NCBI RefSeq assembly: GCF_963921235.1
Contig: NC_086098.1
Span: forward strand, 3,720,001-3,784,000
DNA from: Mobula hypostoma
Taxonomy: Eukaryota
DNA: 64,000 nucleotides
Reading direction: 5' to 3'
The translations under genes and the position numbers were made by a program. Below, piece after piece: positions 38,805 to 51,574 of the stretch. Under the pieces are notes generated by a model. That model did no database searches, was not told the DNA's origin, and saw nothing but the letters and a program-made list of their open reading frames with translations. Within the stretch, counting starts at the first letter, position 1. Each line of letters starts with the position of its first letter.

Positions 38805-39742
38805 CTGGGGGAAAACACATTGTAGACATTATAGAAAAAAAGGTGAAGGATTCTTTCACTGTAGAATGAAGAAAGCTGCATCAGATTTCTCTTTCTCTGT
38901 GTCTCATTTTTTAAAAGAATATATAAGAAGGGGAATGCAGACACAATAAGAGAGAGGGAGAGGGTTGTCAGTGCCGATAAATCTGCATATGGAAATACGG
39001 GTTATCCTGGGTGCAATTTTATTTAACTGTGATGTTCTGTTTTTTAATTAGACAAGAACACACACACACATACACACAGACAGAGAGAGCCCCAGCAAGA
39101 AGCAGAAGGGCTTTATCTCAGGCGGAGTCCCCAGATCTAAACATACTTCATTTGTGTCTCAATTCCGCATTTTGTTTTTAGTTTCAAAGATAAAATAATA
39201 CTAATTTTGAAAATTCTTCTGGACAGACAGTCTTCATAACCCAGTATCGTTCAGCATCACTGTTTCTGAAAACATAAGTAACTGAACAGAGGCACAATAA
39301 AAGTTTAGCTTCTTTGAGTCTAGTTTCATTAAACAGGATTCACTTTAATAAATCATTTAACAGAATATGTAAACATATAAAATATTTAGTTTAATATTAA
39401 TAATAATTATATTCATTGAATCATTTTAAATGCTTTAATTTTTGATACAATGAGCAATTCAATTACATTCCTAATTTGAACTGATTTCTTTTTTTGAAGC
39501 AAGAACAAAAGATATGTACTTTTGGTTTACCAGTTGGTCTTAATTACAGATCAAGCAGAAATTATTTTATTTTGGGGCGTCTGAGGCAAGGTGCTTCACT
39601 CCACATGACAAGATACACTCCCGAGCTTGACATGCGTACACTTTGTTTTTAAAGAAGAGCTGTATATAAGAGGAAGGCTATTTTATGATACTTTTCGAAG
39701 TAGAAAGTAGATGTCATTTCATGAAAAGGTGTAAAAACTCAC

Positions 39743-39990
39743 TTCACTGAGTTCTGCTGCGACGACCTTTTGGTATTTTCCACTAAGGGATGATGCCACA
39801 AAATCAAATATATAAAAACGCAAGCACTTCATGGAATGGTTAATTTTGAAGTAGCGAAATGAAACTATTTAACTTTTAATTGAAAGTTTCAACAAAAGAA
39901 AGACATATCCGAACACATCTATACTTCTGTATCTTCTTGCGTTATATTATGATTTTCGTCTGAGGAAAGGTTGGATCATTGTCGACGGTC
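39743..39990 (-). other. Possible first exon of the divergent transcript (5' end uncertain)
   Basis: Consensus donor GAA|gtgagt at 39743, immediately left of the promoter. Confidence 0.35.
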
Positions 39991-40009
39991 CCTAACTGAA
40001 GGAAGCCCG

Positions 40010-40135
40010 TCGTGGAGGGGAGGCGGGGAGAGTGCAGCGAAGGAAGTTCGAGCCAATCACAAAGCGGTTGGTATTTGTTGACCAATCAGCGGTTGGAGCC
40101 GGACGGCTGACGACGGGAATGCGCATGCGGAGTCG
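40010..40135. promoter_or_regulatory. CpG-rich TATA-less promoter, probably bidirectional
   Basis: GC box ggggaggcgggg 40017-28; ETS-like ggaagt 40042-47; CCAAT boxes 40053-57 and 40082-86; NRF1-type tgcgcatgcg 40120-29. Confidence 0.8.
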
Positions 40136-40207
40136 GAGGGCACTGAAAGGCGCGAAGCAGGAAAAGAAAGCAGCGGAGAATCCGGGGAGAAGATCCACAG
40201 TCAGGAG
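40130..40207 (+). other. Non-coding first exon of the + strand gene (TSS approximate)
   Basis: ATG-free, follows the promoter, ends at donor GAG|gtaatc. Confidence 0.65.
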
Positions 40208-40699
40208 GTAATCATTATGTAGACCTGGGCGGGTGGTACAGGCAGTGGCCGCCGATGCTGGCAAGGGATGACATAGAGAGACTAACTTGAAGGACAAAGA
40301 TGGTCACCATGAAGTTACTGGCTGCTGGAGAGGGGAAGTAGTCAGTGTAAAGAGGGGAAGCGTACTGAGCGAGATAGAGGCCAGATGGATAGAGAAGCTG
40401 ATTTATTATCACTGACAAACATTGCGATATTTTTTGTTTAGCAGTAACAGTACAGTGCAAAGGCATAAAAATACTATAAATTACAAAATAGTGCAAAAAC
40501 AATCAATAACAGGGATCACTAACACAGTAACACACAAAATGCTGGAGGAATTCAGCAGGTCAGGCAGTAAACAGACTCTAAGTGGATCGTTCAGAAATCC
40601 AATGACAGAGGTTTAAAAAAAAGCTGTTCCTGAATTATTGAGTGCGGATGTTCAGGCTCCTGTACTTTATTGTAATATTAAGAGAGCATATCCCACATG

Positions 40700-41290
40700 G
40701 TGAGGGTTAGAATTCTGTTTATTATCATTGACATGCAAAATCGGAATTATTATCACCGGCATGTGTCATGGAATTTGTTAACTTAGCAGCAGCAGTTCAA
40801 TGCAATACATAATCTAGAAGAAAATAAATAAGTAAATAAATTACAGTATACATAGATGGAATAAATTAAAATTGTGCAAAAACAAATAATATATATTAAA
40901 ATAGTGAGGTAGTGTTCATGGGTTCAATGTCTATTTAGGAATTGGATGGCAGAGGGGAAGAAGCTGTTCCTGAATCGCTGAGTGTGTGCCTTCAGGCTTC
41001 TGTACCTCCTAGCTGATGGTAACAGTGAAAAAAGGGCATGCCCTGGGTGCTGGAGGTGCTTAATAATGGATGCTGCCTTTCTGAGACACCACTCCTTGAA
41101 GATGTCCTGGGTACTTTGTAGGCTGGTACCCAAGATGGACTAAATTTACGACCCTCTGCAGCTTCTTTCAGTCTTGTGTAGTAGCCCACAGCCCCCCCCA
41201 TCTCAAACAGTGATACAGCCTGTCAGCATGCTCTCCACGGTATATCTATAGAAGATTTTGAGTGTTCTTGTTGACATACCAAATCTGTTC
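40700..41290 (-). mobile_element. Rex1-type LINE 3' fragment
   Basis: CLRKAASIIK...HPGHALFSLLPSARRYRSLKAHTQRFRNSFFP C-terminus. Confidence 0.8.
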
Positions 41291-41309
41291 AAACTCTTAA
41301 TTAAGTATA

Positions 41310-41958
41310 AGCACAAAATAATCTGCAGATGCTGGGGTCAAAACAACACTCACAACACGCTGGAGGAACTCAGCAGGTCAGGCAGCATCCGTGGAAAAGA
41401 TCAGTCGACGTTTCAGGCTAGAACCCTTCGTCAGGACTGAAGAAGGAAGGGGCAGAGGCCCTATAAAGAAGGTGGGGGGAGGGTGGGAAGGAGAAGGCTG
41501 GTAGGTTCCAGGTGAAAAACCAGTAAGGGGAAAGATAAAGGGGTGGGGGAGGGGAAGCAGGGAGGTGATAGGCAGGAAAGGTGAAGAAGGAATAGGGGAA
41601 AACACAAGGGGTAGTAGAGGGAGGCGGAACCAAGAGGGAGGTGGTAGGCAGCTGGGGGAGGGGGCAGAGTGACATAGGGTTAGGGGAACGGAGGGGGAGG
41701 GAATTACTGGAAGTTGAAGAATTCTATGTTCATACCAAGGGGCTGGAGACTACCTAGACGGTATATGAGGTGTTGCTCCTCCAACCTGAGTTTAGCCTCA
41801 TCATGGCAGTAGAGGAGGCCATGTATGGACATATCTGAATGGGAGTGGGAAGCAGAGTTGAAGTGGGTGGCTACTGGGAGATCCTGTCTGTTTTGGCGGA
41901 CGGAGCGGAGGTGCTCGATGAAGCGGTCCCCCAATCTGTTTCAGGTTTCACCGATGTA
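41310..41958 (-). mobile_element. Penelope-like element 3' end: GIY-YIG endonuclease C-terminal part and terminal repeat
   Basis: YIGET*NRLGDRFIEHLRSV...PVATHFN...RLEEQHLIYRLGSLQPLGMN; an inverted copy of part of the ORF lies at 42063-42135. Confidence 0.9.
41401..41440 (-). ncRNA. Minimal type I hammerhead ribozyme motif downstream of the GIY-YIG ORF
   Basis: UCAGUC-CUGACGA-A-GGGU(UCUA)GCCU-GAAA-CG-UC^GACUGA: 6-bp stem I, intact core, same strand as the PLE ORF. Confidence 0.78.
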
Positions 41959-42139
41959 ACAGTGAAAAACATCTTCTGTTAGCGAAAACAGGGTACTAAT
42001 GTAGGTCTTTCGTAACAGTGAGGTTTCGTAAAGCGAACGTTTGAAAAGCAGGGGATACCTGTATGACCATACATGGTCTCCTCTACTGCCATGACGAGGC
42101 TAAACTCAGGTTGGAGGAGCAACACCTCATATACCAGTG

Positions 42140-42655
42140 TTGTGCTGAACCAGCTAAAAGACAAATCAAAAACACCCAAGCATTAATCCCTGCTATCTAC
42201 ACCATGTCAATATCCCTCCATCTTCCTTACATCCAAGTGCCCATCCAAACATCTCTTAAAAGCCTCCAGTGTATTTGCCTCTACCACCATACCAGGCATT
42301 CATGACACTCTGAATAAAAAAAACTTGCCACTCACATCCCCCTTGAATCTACCCCTCCCACCTTCAGTTCATGCCCTCTGGTATCAGACATTTCAACTCT
42401 GGGAAACAGATACTGTCTGTCCACTCTACCTATGCCTCTCATAATCTTGTAATCCTCTGTCAGATCTCCCTTTAGCCTCCATTGCCCCAGAGAAAACAAC
42501 CCAAGTTCATCCAGCCTCTTGTGATAGCACAGCCCGCTAAACCAGGCAGCATCCTGGTAAACCTCTTCTGCACCCTCTCCAAAGCCTCACTATCCTTCCT
42601 ATAGGGGTGACCAGAACTGTATGCAGTACTCCAAATGTGGCCTAGCCAGAGGTTT
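42140..42655 (-). mobile_element. CR1 3' fragment
   Basis: YRKDSEALERVQKRFTRMLPGL motif. Confidence 0.85.
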
Positions 42656-43782
42656 TGTGATGGAGGCCACCTTCTTAAAGATGTCCTCAATGGTAGGTGT
42701 ATGGACGGGTTCTATAGCAGTTAGCATAATGCTTTACAAAGCCAGCAGTCCAAGTTCAACCATGCTACGTTGGTGCCAGAAGCACGGTGACACTGGTGAG
42801 CTGCTCAGCACAAAAATCTTGTATAAACCAACTCCTGTCCGTGACCTGCCTGTTTAGGGGCTGCGTGATCTGAATTTTGATCTTAACCCCTGCCTTTATA
42901 AAGATGGAAATTAGCTTTTTATAATACCTTCTTTATAAAGATGAAACATCAAAACATACAGTGAAATGCATTGCTTGCGTCAACGACCAACAATCCAGCG
43001 ATGTGCTAGGGGCAGCCCATAAGTGTAGCTATGTTTTCCACACCTACGTTGCATGCCGACAACCTACTAACCCGTACCTCTTTGGAATATGGGAGGAAAC
43101 TGAAGCACCTGGAGAAAATACATGTCTTGGGAAGAATGTACTAACTTCTGACAGACAGCAGAGGAATTGAACTCGAGTTGCTGGCCCAGTAAAGCGTTGT
43201 ACTGCTGTACTATCTCGCACTCGCGCAATCAGTTCTAAAGCATGACCACATATCCCATCAAGGCATGGTTTTATACTAGGGCAGGGTTATACATCCTGTG
43301 TATAATAGCTGGACCTATGTAGTAGAGTGATAGTTCATTGGTGCCAGAGTTGATAGAGAGACAGAACATTAATATGAATATTTATGAAGGGCAGCTAAAG
43401 CAGGGGGGTTGGTCATGGGTGACATATACATGGTGTTATGGATAACATGCACTATGATATGCATAAGATTTAAAGATAGGTCTAATTTGTTTTTATGACG
43501 AAGGTGATTTCTACGAGGCGCTCACCTGTCTTTTGTCGTATCAGTACAGTTCCTTAGTTCTCTAGAGTACAGTACTGAAACTGTAGGTTAGAGTATTTGA
43601 GCATATTCACTGATCAGAGCTTTAGTATCAGTAAGTATGCTCTGGAAAGCAACCAACATTTCTTGTGAATATTTTCTTGTTTTCATATCTGCTAATTTTG
43701 ACAGAAGTTTGTTTATCGTTACTTGTTTATCGTTAGTACTGTGACTTATTAATCTATGTTTGTGACATTCGAAGCCCATCAG

Positions 43783-44272
43783 GCATAGGAGCAGAATTAG
43801 GCCATTCAGCCACCGAGTCTCCTCCGCTATTCAATCATGGTTGATTTATGTTCCCTTTCAACCCCATTTTCTTGACTTTTACCCGTAACCTTTGATGTCC
43901 TGACGAATAAAGAGCATATCAACCTCCGCTTTAAGTATACCCATGACCTGGCCTGCACAGACATCTGTGGCAACAAACTCCGCAGATTCGCCACCCTCTA
44001 GTAAAGAAATCCCTCCTCCTCTCCACTCTAAATGGATGCCCCTGTATTCTGAGGCTGTACCCTCTGGTCCCAGACTCCCCAATTATAGGAAACATCCTCT
44101 CCATGCTCACTCTACCCAGACCTTTCAATATTTGATAGTTTTCAATGAGATCCAACCTTATTCTTCCAAACTCTAGAGCCATCAAACACTCTGTACAATA
44201 ACTTTTTCATTCCCGGGATCATTCTTGTGAACCCCCCCTGGGCCTTCTCCAATGCCAGCACATCCTTTCTTA
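43783..44272 (-). mobile_element. CR1 3' fragment just upstream of the first coding exon
   Basis: GESGTRGYSLRIQGHPFR motif and CR1 tail. Confidence 0.85.
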
Positions 44273-44341
44273 CAATTTAAAAAAAAACAGTTGTATGGAC
44301 CTGTGGCTGAAACAATTCACGGCAGTGTGTTTTCCAGGAAA

Positions 44342-44517
44342 ATGGATGATGAATTTGGAGGATCTCTGACCCCTCCTGTCTCTCCTTGCGAAATGGAGAG
44401 AATGGAGACGGACATGCAATGCTGCAGACCTCCCTGCTTCTCCTGTACCTTGGGACAGTGCGATGCAGTGAAACCCTTCTCTCCTCACGGCTATCTGGCA
44501 AGTGGATCACTAAACCG
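44342..44517 (+). CDS. First coding exon of an unidentified host protein
   Basis: Acceptor gtgtgttttccag|gaaaATGG (exon from 44338); MDDEFGGSLTPPVSPCEMERMETDMQCCRPPCFSCTLGQCDAVKPFSPHGYLASGSLN; phase-2 donor CG|gtacgt matches the next exon. Confidence 0.82.
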
Positions 44518-44759
44518 GTACGTATTATAGAAACTAGTACTGTGCAGCTAGTATTTCTGTTGGATGAAGGTTCTCAAATTGTGGATAATATGATCCTCCA
44601 TAACAATAACCTTATTCATCTTGATTAGACCATATTTCCCGCAGTATCATCTGATGAGTTTTCTTTGAGTTATCACTTCATGAGTATTCACTAAAGCCCA
44701 GAGAAAAGGAGCAATCGGCAACCATATGACTGATTTGACGTCATAAGAACGTGAAAATG

Positions 44760-45560
44760 CGCAGCAAAGTGGCAGATGGAATATAGTGTTGGGGAGTGCA
44801 TTGTCATGCATCTAATAGAAGGAACAAAAGCACAGACTATTTTCTAAATGGGGAGAAAATTCAAAAATCTGTGGTGTAAAGGGACTTGGGAGTCCACGTG
44901 CAGGTTAATTTGCATGTTGAGTCAGTGGTGAGGAAGGCAAATGCACTGCTGGCATTCATTTGAGAGGGCTTGAATATAAAAGCAAGGATGTGATGCCGAG
45001 GCTCTATAAGGCACCGGTGAGGCCTCACTTGGAGTATTGTGGACAGTTTTGCGTCACTTGTCTAAGAAAGGATGTGCTGACGTTGGAGAGGCTTCAGAGG
45101 AGGTTCACGACAATGATTCTGGGATTGAAAGGGTTATGATATGAGGAGCGTTTGATGGCAGTGGGCCTGTACTCACTGGAGTTTAGAAAAATGGAGGTGG
45201 GGGGAATGTTGAAAAACCCAGACAGAGTGGGTATGTAGAAGATGTTTCCTACAGTGGAGGAGTCTAGGACCACAGGGCATAGCCTCAGTATGGATGAATG
45301 TCCATTTAGAATAGAGATAAATAATTTCTATGGCCAGTGGGTGGTGAATCTGGAATTTGTTGCCACAGACGACTGTAGAAGACAGGTCTTTGGATGTACA
45401 GTATTTAAAGTGGAGTTTGATATGTTCTTGATTAGTCAGGGCATCAAAGCTTACAGGCAGAAGGCAAGAGAATGGGGTTGAAAGGGGAAAAGAAATCAGT
45501 CATGATCGAATAGCAGAGCGGATTCAATGGGCTGAATAGCCTATTTCTGCTCTTTTGCCC
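44760..45560 (+). mobile_element. Decayed CR1 3' half
   Basis: aagtggcagatggaatatagtg, gtgaggcctcacttggagtattg and CR1 tail. Confidence 0.85.
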
Positions 45561-46069
45561 GATGGTTTTCTAATAATGTCACAGACATAGACCATAACAG
45601 TTATATTGCGGGGAGAAGGCAGGAGATTCGTGCTGAAAGGGAAATGGATCAGCCTGGATCGAGTAGTGAAGGAGACTCAATGGGCTGAATGGCCTAATTC
45701 TGCTCCTATATCTTATGGTCTTATAAGAAGTAAGAGCAGGGGTTGGTCATCTACATTATTCAATAAGATCACAGCTGATCTGGCCATGAATTCAGCTCAG
45801 CCATTTCTCCTGATATGCAAAAGTCTATCTACGTAACTTTGTCTTCAGTATATTTACTGAGGAGCCTCTACTGCTTTCCTGGCTAGAGAATTCCACAGAT
45901 TTACTGCTCGCTGAGAAAAGCAGTTTCTCCTAATCTCTGTTGTAAACCTACTCTCCTGTATCTTGAGGTTATATCCCCTCGTTTTGTTCTCACCACCAGT
46001 GGAAACAACTTTCCTGCCTCTGCCTTTTCGATCCTTCATAATTTTATATTTTTCAGTAAGCTGCAGCTA

Positions 46070-47347
46070 TGAGGATCTTTGCAGTATCAGGGAACCCTCT
46101 GATCTCTGTCTCAGACTCTGACATCAGAATGCTTTTCAAGAAGATGAGCCCTCTCAAGGCGACAGGCCCCTATGGTGTACCTGATAGGGCTCGGAAAACC
46201 TGTGCCAACCAACTGTCAGTGTGTTCAAAGGCATTTTCAATCACTTATGGCTACAGTCATAAGTTCCCACCTGCTTCAAAAGGGCAGCAATCATACCAGT
46301 GCCCAAGAGCAGGGTGAGCTGCCTTAACGACTATCATCCAGTCACACTTACATGTTGAAATGCTTTGCGAGTTTGGTTATGGCTAGAATTAACTCCTTTC
46401 TGAACACGGACCTGGACCCACTGCAATTTGCCTATCACCACGATAGGTCTATAGTGGATGTGATTTCACTAGTGCTTCTTGAATTACCTGGACAGTACTA
46501 ATACTTAGATCAGGCTGCTGATTATTGACAACAGCTCAGCGTTTAACGCAATCCTTCCTGCAGTTCTGATCAGAAAGCTCCAAAGCCTGGGCCTCTACCT
46601 CCATCTGCAAGTGGATTATCGACTTCCTGAACAGAAGACCACAATCTGTGCAGATTGGAAATAACATCTCTACCTCACTGACGTATCTCAAGGATGAGTG
46701 CTTAGCCCACTGTTCTACTTTTTCTACCCCCAGGACTGTGTGGCTAGGTACCGCTCAAATGCCATCTATAAATTTGCTAATGATGCAACTATTGTCGGCA
46801 GAATTTCAGGTGGTGACGAGAAAGCGTACGGGAGTAAGGTGGATCAGCTGGTTGAGTGGTGTCACAGTAACAACCTTTCACTCAATGCCATTAAGACCAA
46901 AGAGCTGGTTGTGGACTTCAGAAAGGATAAGACAAGGGAACACACACCAGTCCTCATAGAGGGATCAGAAATGGAAAGAGTGATCAATTTCAAGTTCTTG
47001 GGTGTCAACATCCAAGACATATTGATCCAGCTACAGAGGCATGACAGCGGCTGTATTTCATTAGGAGTTTGAAAAGATTTGTTATGTTGCCAAAGACACT
47101 TACAAGTTTCTACAGATGCACCATAGAAAGCATGGTTGCATCACTGGCTGCATCACCGTCTGGTATGGGGAGGGGGGCATTGCACAGGATCGAAATAAGC
47201 TGCAGAAAGTTGTACATTCTGTCAGCTCTATCTTGGTAAATAGTCTCCCCAGCATCTTGGACGTCTTCGAGGAACGATGCCTCAAAAAGGCAGCATCTAT
47301 CATTAAAGACCATCATCACCTAGGTTATAACTTCTTTTCATTACTAC
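46070..47347 (+). mobile_element. Rex1/Babar-type LINE RT remnant
   Basis: LSPLF...DCVA...IYKFANDATIVG...KTKELVVDFRK; CITVWYG; CLKKAASIIKD. Confidence 0.85.
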
Positions 47348-47844
47348 CGTAACGCCCTGGTTAAGATTTTTACAGCTATGCTGTATGTATTTCATTTTAG
47401 CAGCTCTGTAGAAGCATTCTGTGCTGCTTTCATTCTGATTGGGTTTGAGCTAAGAAAAAGGGCTTTGGCTTTGTTGTTCGACTTAAAAATGTTGTGTCAG
47501 CCAGTTAGGATGGTGGAATTGGGAGATGGTTCTAGAGAACGCTGAGCAGAGAGGTTTTTGTGACGGACACTGGTGTGAGTCGAAGTCTTTTTGGCGGGAG
47601 TTGGGAAAAGACAGGAGGGAAGTTGGCTGAGGATCCGTCCATGTTGCACAAGGTGCTTTTTGCAGATGAGTGGCTTCAAGGAGCAAGGACCGATGCTCCC
47701 TGACATTCGGAACGTGGTGTGGGTTTTCACTCAGACTGTGGGTGCAGCGCATGGGTTTAAGACAACTTCGAGATGTCCAGCTTGTGCACACATTTGGACT
47801 GGGTTAACTGTGATGGACCGTTGTCATTTTTTCCCTTTTATGGA

Positions 47845-49445
47845 ACAGAAAACATAGAAACCTACAGCACATTACAGGCTCTTTGGCCCACAATGTTGTG
47901 CCGACCATGTAACCTACTCCAGAAACTGTGTAGAATATCCCTATCATACAGCCTTGTATTTTTCTAGGCTCTACGCACCTATCTAAGAGTGTCTTAAACG
48001 ACCCTATTGTATCCACCTCTACCACTGTCGCCAGCAGTGCATTCCACACATCCACCACTCTCTATGTCAAAAGCTTAACCCTGACATCCCCTCTATACCT
48101 ACTTCTAAGCATCTTAAAACTATGCCCCCTCATGTTAGCCATTTCAGCCCTGGGAAAAAGCATCTGGCTATACACACGATCAATGCCTCTCATCACTTTA
48201 TACATCTCTCATCCTCCGACGCTCCAAGGAGAAAAGGCCAAGTTCACTCAGCCTATTCTCATAAGGCATGCTCTCCAATCCAGGCACCATCCTCATAAAT
48301 CTCTGCACTCTCTCTATAGTATTCACACCTTTCCTGTAGTGAGGTGACCCGAACTGAACACAGTACTCCAAGTGGGGCCTGATCAGCATCTTACATTAAC
48401 ATTACCTCACGGCTCCTGAACTCAATCAGAATCAGGTTTATTATCACTGGCATGTGACGTGAAATTTGTTAACTTAACAACAGCAGTTCAATGCAATACA
48501 TAATATAGAAAAGAAAAAAAAATAAATAAAATGGTACGGAAGAGATATCAGGGGTAAGTTTTTTACGCAGAGAGTGGTGAGTGAACTGCCAGCAAGGGTG
48601 GTAGAGGTGGAAACGATAGGGTCTTTTAAGAGACTCCTAGCCAGGTATATGGAGCTCCGAAAAATAGAGGGGTATGGGTAACCCCAGGCAATTTCTCAGG
48701 TAGGGACATGTTCGGCACAGTTTTGTGGGTCAAAGGGCCTGTATTGTGCTGTAGGTTTTCTATGTTTCTAAAAATAATAATAATAAATAAATCAATTACA
48801 GTATATGTGTATTGAATAGATTTAAAAATGTGCAAAAATCAGAAAAACTGTATATTTAAAAAAAAAAGGGAGGTACTGTCCAAGGTTCAATGTCCATTTA
48901 GGAATCTGATGGTAGAGGGGAAGAAGCTGTTCCTGAATCGCTAAGTGTGTGCCTTCAGGCTTCTGTACCTCCTACCTGATGGATGCTGCCTTTCTGAGAC
49001 ATTGCTCCCTGAAGATGTCCTTGGTACTTTGTGGGCCAGTACCCACGGTTGATGAATGCCATCACACCATACACCTTCTTAACAACACCGTCAACTTGCA
49101 CAGCAGCTTTGAGTGTCCTATGGACACAGACCCCAAGACCTTTCTGATCCTCCACACTGCCCAGAGTCTTAATACTCTATTCTGTCTTCAAACTTGACCT
49201 ACCGAAATGAACCGCTTCACACTTATCTGGGTTGAACTCCATCTGCCACTTCTTAGCCCAGTTCTGCATCCTATTGATGTCCCACTGTAACCTCTGACAA
49301 CCTTCTAGACTATCCACAACACCCTCAACCTTTGTGTCATCAGCAAACTTACTAACCCCCCCCTCACTTCCTTATCCAGGTCGTTTATAAAAATCAGAAA
49401 GAGGAAGGGTCCCAGAACAAATCCCTGCGGAACACCACTGGTCGC
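47845..49445 (-). mobile_element. CR1 3' half inserted in the Gypsy LTR and itself interrupted (about 48425-49040)
   Basis: [13 protein letters not shown] and EDQKGLGVCVHRTLK fragments. Confidence 0.82.
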
Positions 49446-49990
49446 CATTTCTTTTTCCTACTAACTGTTCAATAAAGTTCACATTTGTAAATATACTTTC
49501 TTTACATGAACAGTGTACGAGCTGTTAGTTCTTGCTGATGGCCAATTGCATGGGGGCAGTATATATACAGTATTCACACAGGCCGGGTTTGTGTGGGTGA
49601 GACATCACAACTCACGGGTTTGGCAGGACCCAAGTCATATCTACCCTAGACAAAAGGAGTTTGAGAAAGGTGGTTTTCTCACTGCTGTTAGCGAGGGGTT
49701 AACGAGCTACATCTCTAGAGTTGCCCATTAAAAGGGGTTTCATAGTGGGGGTTATTATCCTGGGTGGAATTTGTTGAATACTGTGTAATTGCTCTAAGAA
49801 TTGATTAAGTGGCTTTGTGTCTAAGCCAGTGTTAGTGATTAAGATACCTGGTTATGGATGCCGCAGGGATTAAGCACTGGTGCGATTGAAATGGATTACT
49901 TGTAACCAGTGCTTGTGTTCTGAGTAGGGTGGATATCTGCAGCCCATCTGAACTGTTGGTTAGGGTTTTAAGTATTGTTGCAATAGTGTT

Positions 49991-50289
49991 GGCGCATGGC
50001 CAAGTGGTTAAGGCGTCGGTCTAGTGATCTGAAGGTCGCTAGTTCAAGCCTCAGCTGAGGCAGCGTGCTGTGTCCTTGAGCAAGGCACTTAACCACACAT
50101 TGCTCTGCGACGACACCGGTGCCAAGCTGTATGGGTCCTAATGCCCTTCCCTTGGACAACATCGGTGGCGTGGAGAGGGGAGACTTGCAGCATGGGCAAC
50201 TGCCGGTCTTCCATACAACCTTGCCCAGGCCGACGCCCTGGAACCCTTCCAAGGCGCAAATCCATGGTCTCATGAGACTAACGGATGCC
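49991..50289 (+). mobile_element. tRNA-derived SINE inserted in the gag remnant
   Basis: A box tggccaagtgg and B box gttcaagcc; second copy at 60889-61174 on the minus strand. Confidence 0.88.
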
Positions 50290-51574
50290 GATATATAATT
50301 GTTGAAATATTAGGGCAAATTACGATCATGGAACAGCAGTTTGACCAAACGACGGGCAAAGATGCCGTTTTAGTTCAGACTAGTGATAATGTGATGGCAG
50401 TGGATCTGCTTGGTATCCCTGGAGAGGCGGGGCCTTGGGCTGTCCCTACTTTCAGAGAAGCGGGGAGTGTAAATGAGGGTGCTGAACTGGAAGTTGAGTT
50501 TCCTGTTGCTGAGGGCAGAGACTTTAAAGACAACTTGCTCTCATTTCTGCAGAGTTATCTGATGCGAAAGGTCTAGTGAGTCATTCAACGGTTGATTTAA
50601 ATTCTGAGCTTGTTTTGTCTATTACATCACTGGCTGATAAATGCAAAAGTATATCTGCAGAGAGCCAAAGTTATTGTAGGCTGGGAGTGTTTCTGGGGAA
50701 GAGGAATATGAGGCCTGGGCTGGGCAGACATCTCAGTTACTGGGTGAATGGCTGTGCTCAGAGCTCAGATAGTAGCGACTGATAGAGATCTTAAGACTAT
50801 AACGCATAGCAGCAGAATTAGGCCATTTGGCCCATCAGGTCTGCTCAGCTATTCTATCATACCCCTCAACCCCACTCCGTGGCCTTTTCCCTGTAACTTG
50901 ATGCCACGTCCAATGAAGAACTTAATGGCCTGGCAGCTGATCTGGTGAGGTTCCTTCAGGCAGAAAATCTCTCAGCCATGTCAGCTAATGACCTGCAAGC
51001 TCTGGAAGATGCTTTTGGCACTGTTGAAAGTGCAGCTGATCAAGTGTTTGTTAAAGCTGGAAATTTGGTAAATATACTTCCTTTATAATTTTATACTGGT
51101 GTACGATCTGTCATTTCTGTGTTATCAATAACTGTGAGTGGGCAGTATTTACACAGCATTCACTCAATTCAACGTTCCTCTAATCGGAACATTCTGACGT
51201 ACTTGTTTGGTTGAACCCCAAATCATAGCGACCTCCTAGGTGTGTATTGCCTATGAAAGGCAACCTTCTCACTGTTGAGTCACATGGCTGTTAGCAAATT
51301 CAGCTAACAAACCAAGTTGGTGTATGGGCCCTGGTTAGAGGGTTACATACTTTTACTGTAATTCACAGTTTCTATTATTATGTATTGTATTGTCCTGCTG
51401 CCACATAATCACAAATTTCACAACATGCCAGTGATAGTAAACCTGATTCTGATTCTGAGAACCCCTCTTATTCTGAATTCCAGCAAGTACAGTCCCAGGC
51501 GACTCAATCTCTCCTCATAGATTAATCCCTTTATCTCTGGAATCAATCTGGTGAACCTCCTCTGTACCACCTCC

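Larger units (their letters stand above)
47348..51347 (+). mobile_element. Ty3/Gypsy remnant: 5' LTR (about 47348-49711, split by CR1/Rex1 inserts), PNMA-like gag, partial LTR ending ggttaca
   Basis: LTR-like termini; decayed frame from 49854 MDAAGIKHWCD*...ACVLSRVD...FDQTTGKDAVLVQTS...GIPGEAGPWAV resembles the PNMA/Ma-type gag N-terminus; no pol seen. Confidence 0.7.

Noticed and set aside
44291..44337. Longer exon 2 using the aaaaaacag acceptor, or the 44252 ORF start
   Set aside because: No pyrimidine tract and the upstream part is CR1; the acceptor at 44337 is much better.
49991..50065. tRNA gene
   Set aside because: A and B boxes are present, but the sequence runs into a SINE body repeated at 60889-61174; I could not build a complete cloverleaf.
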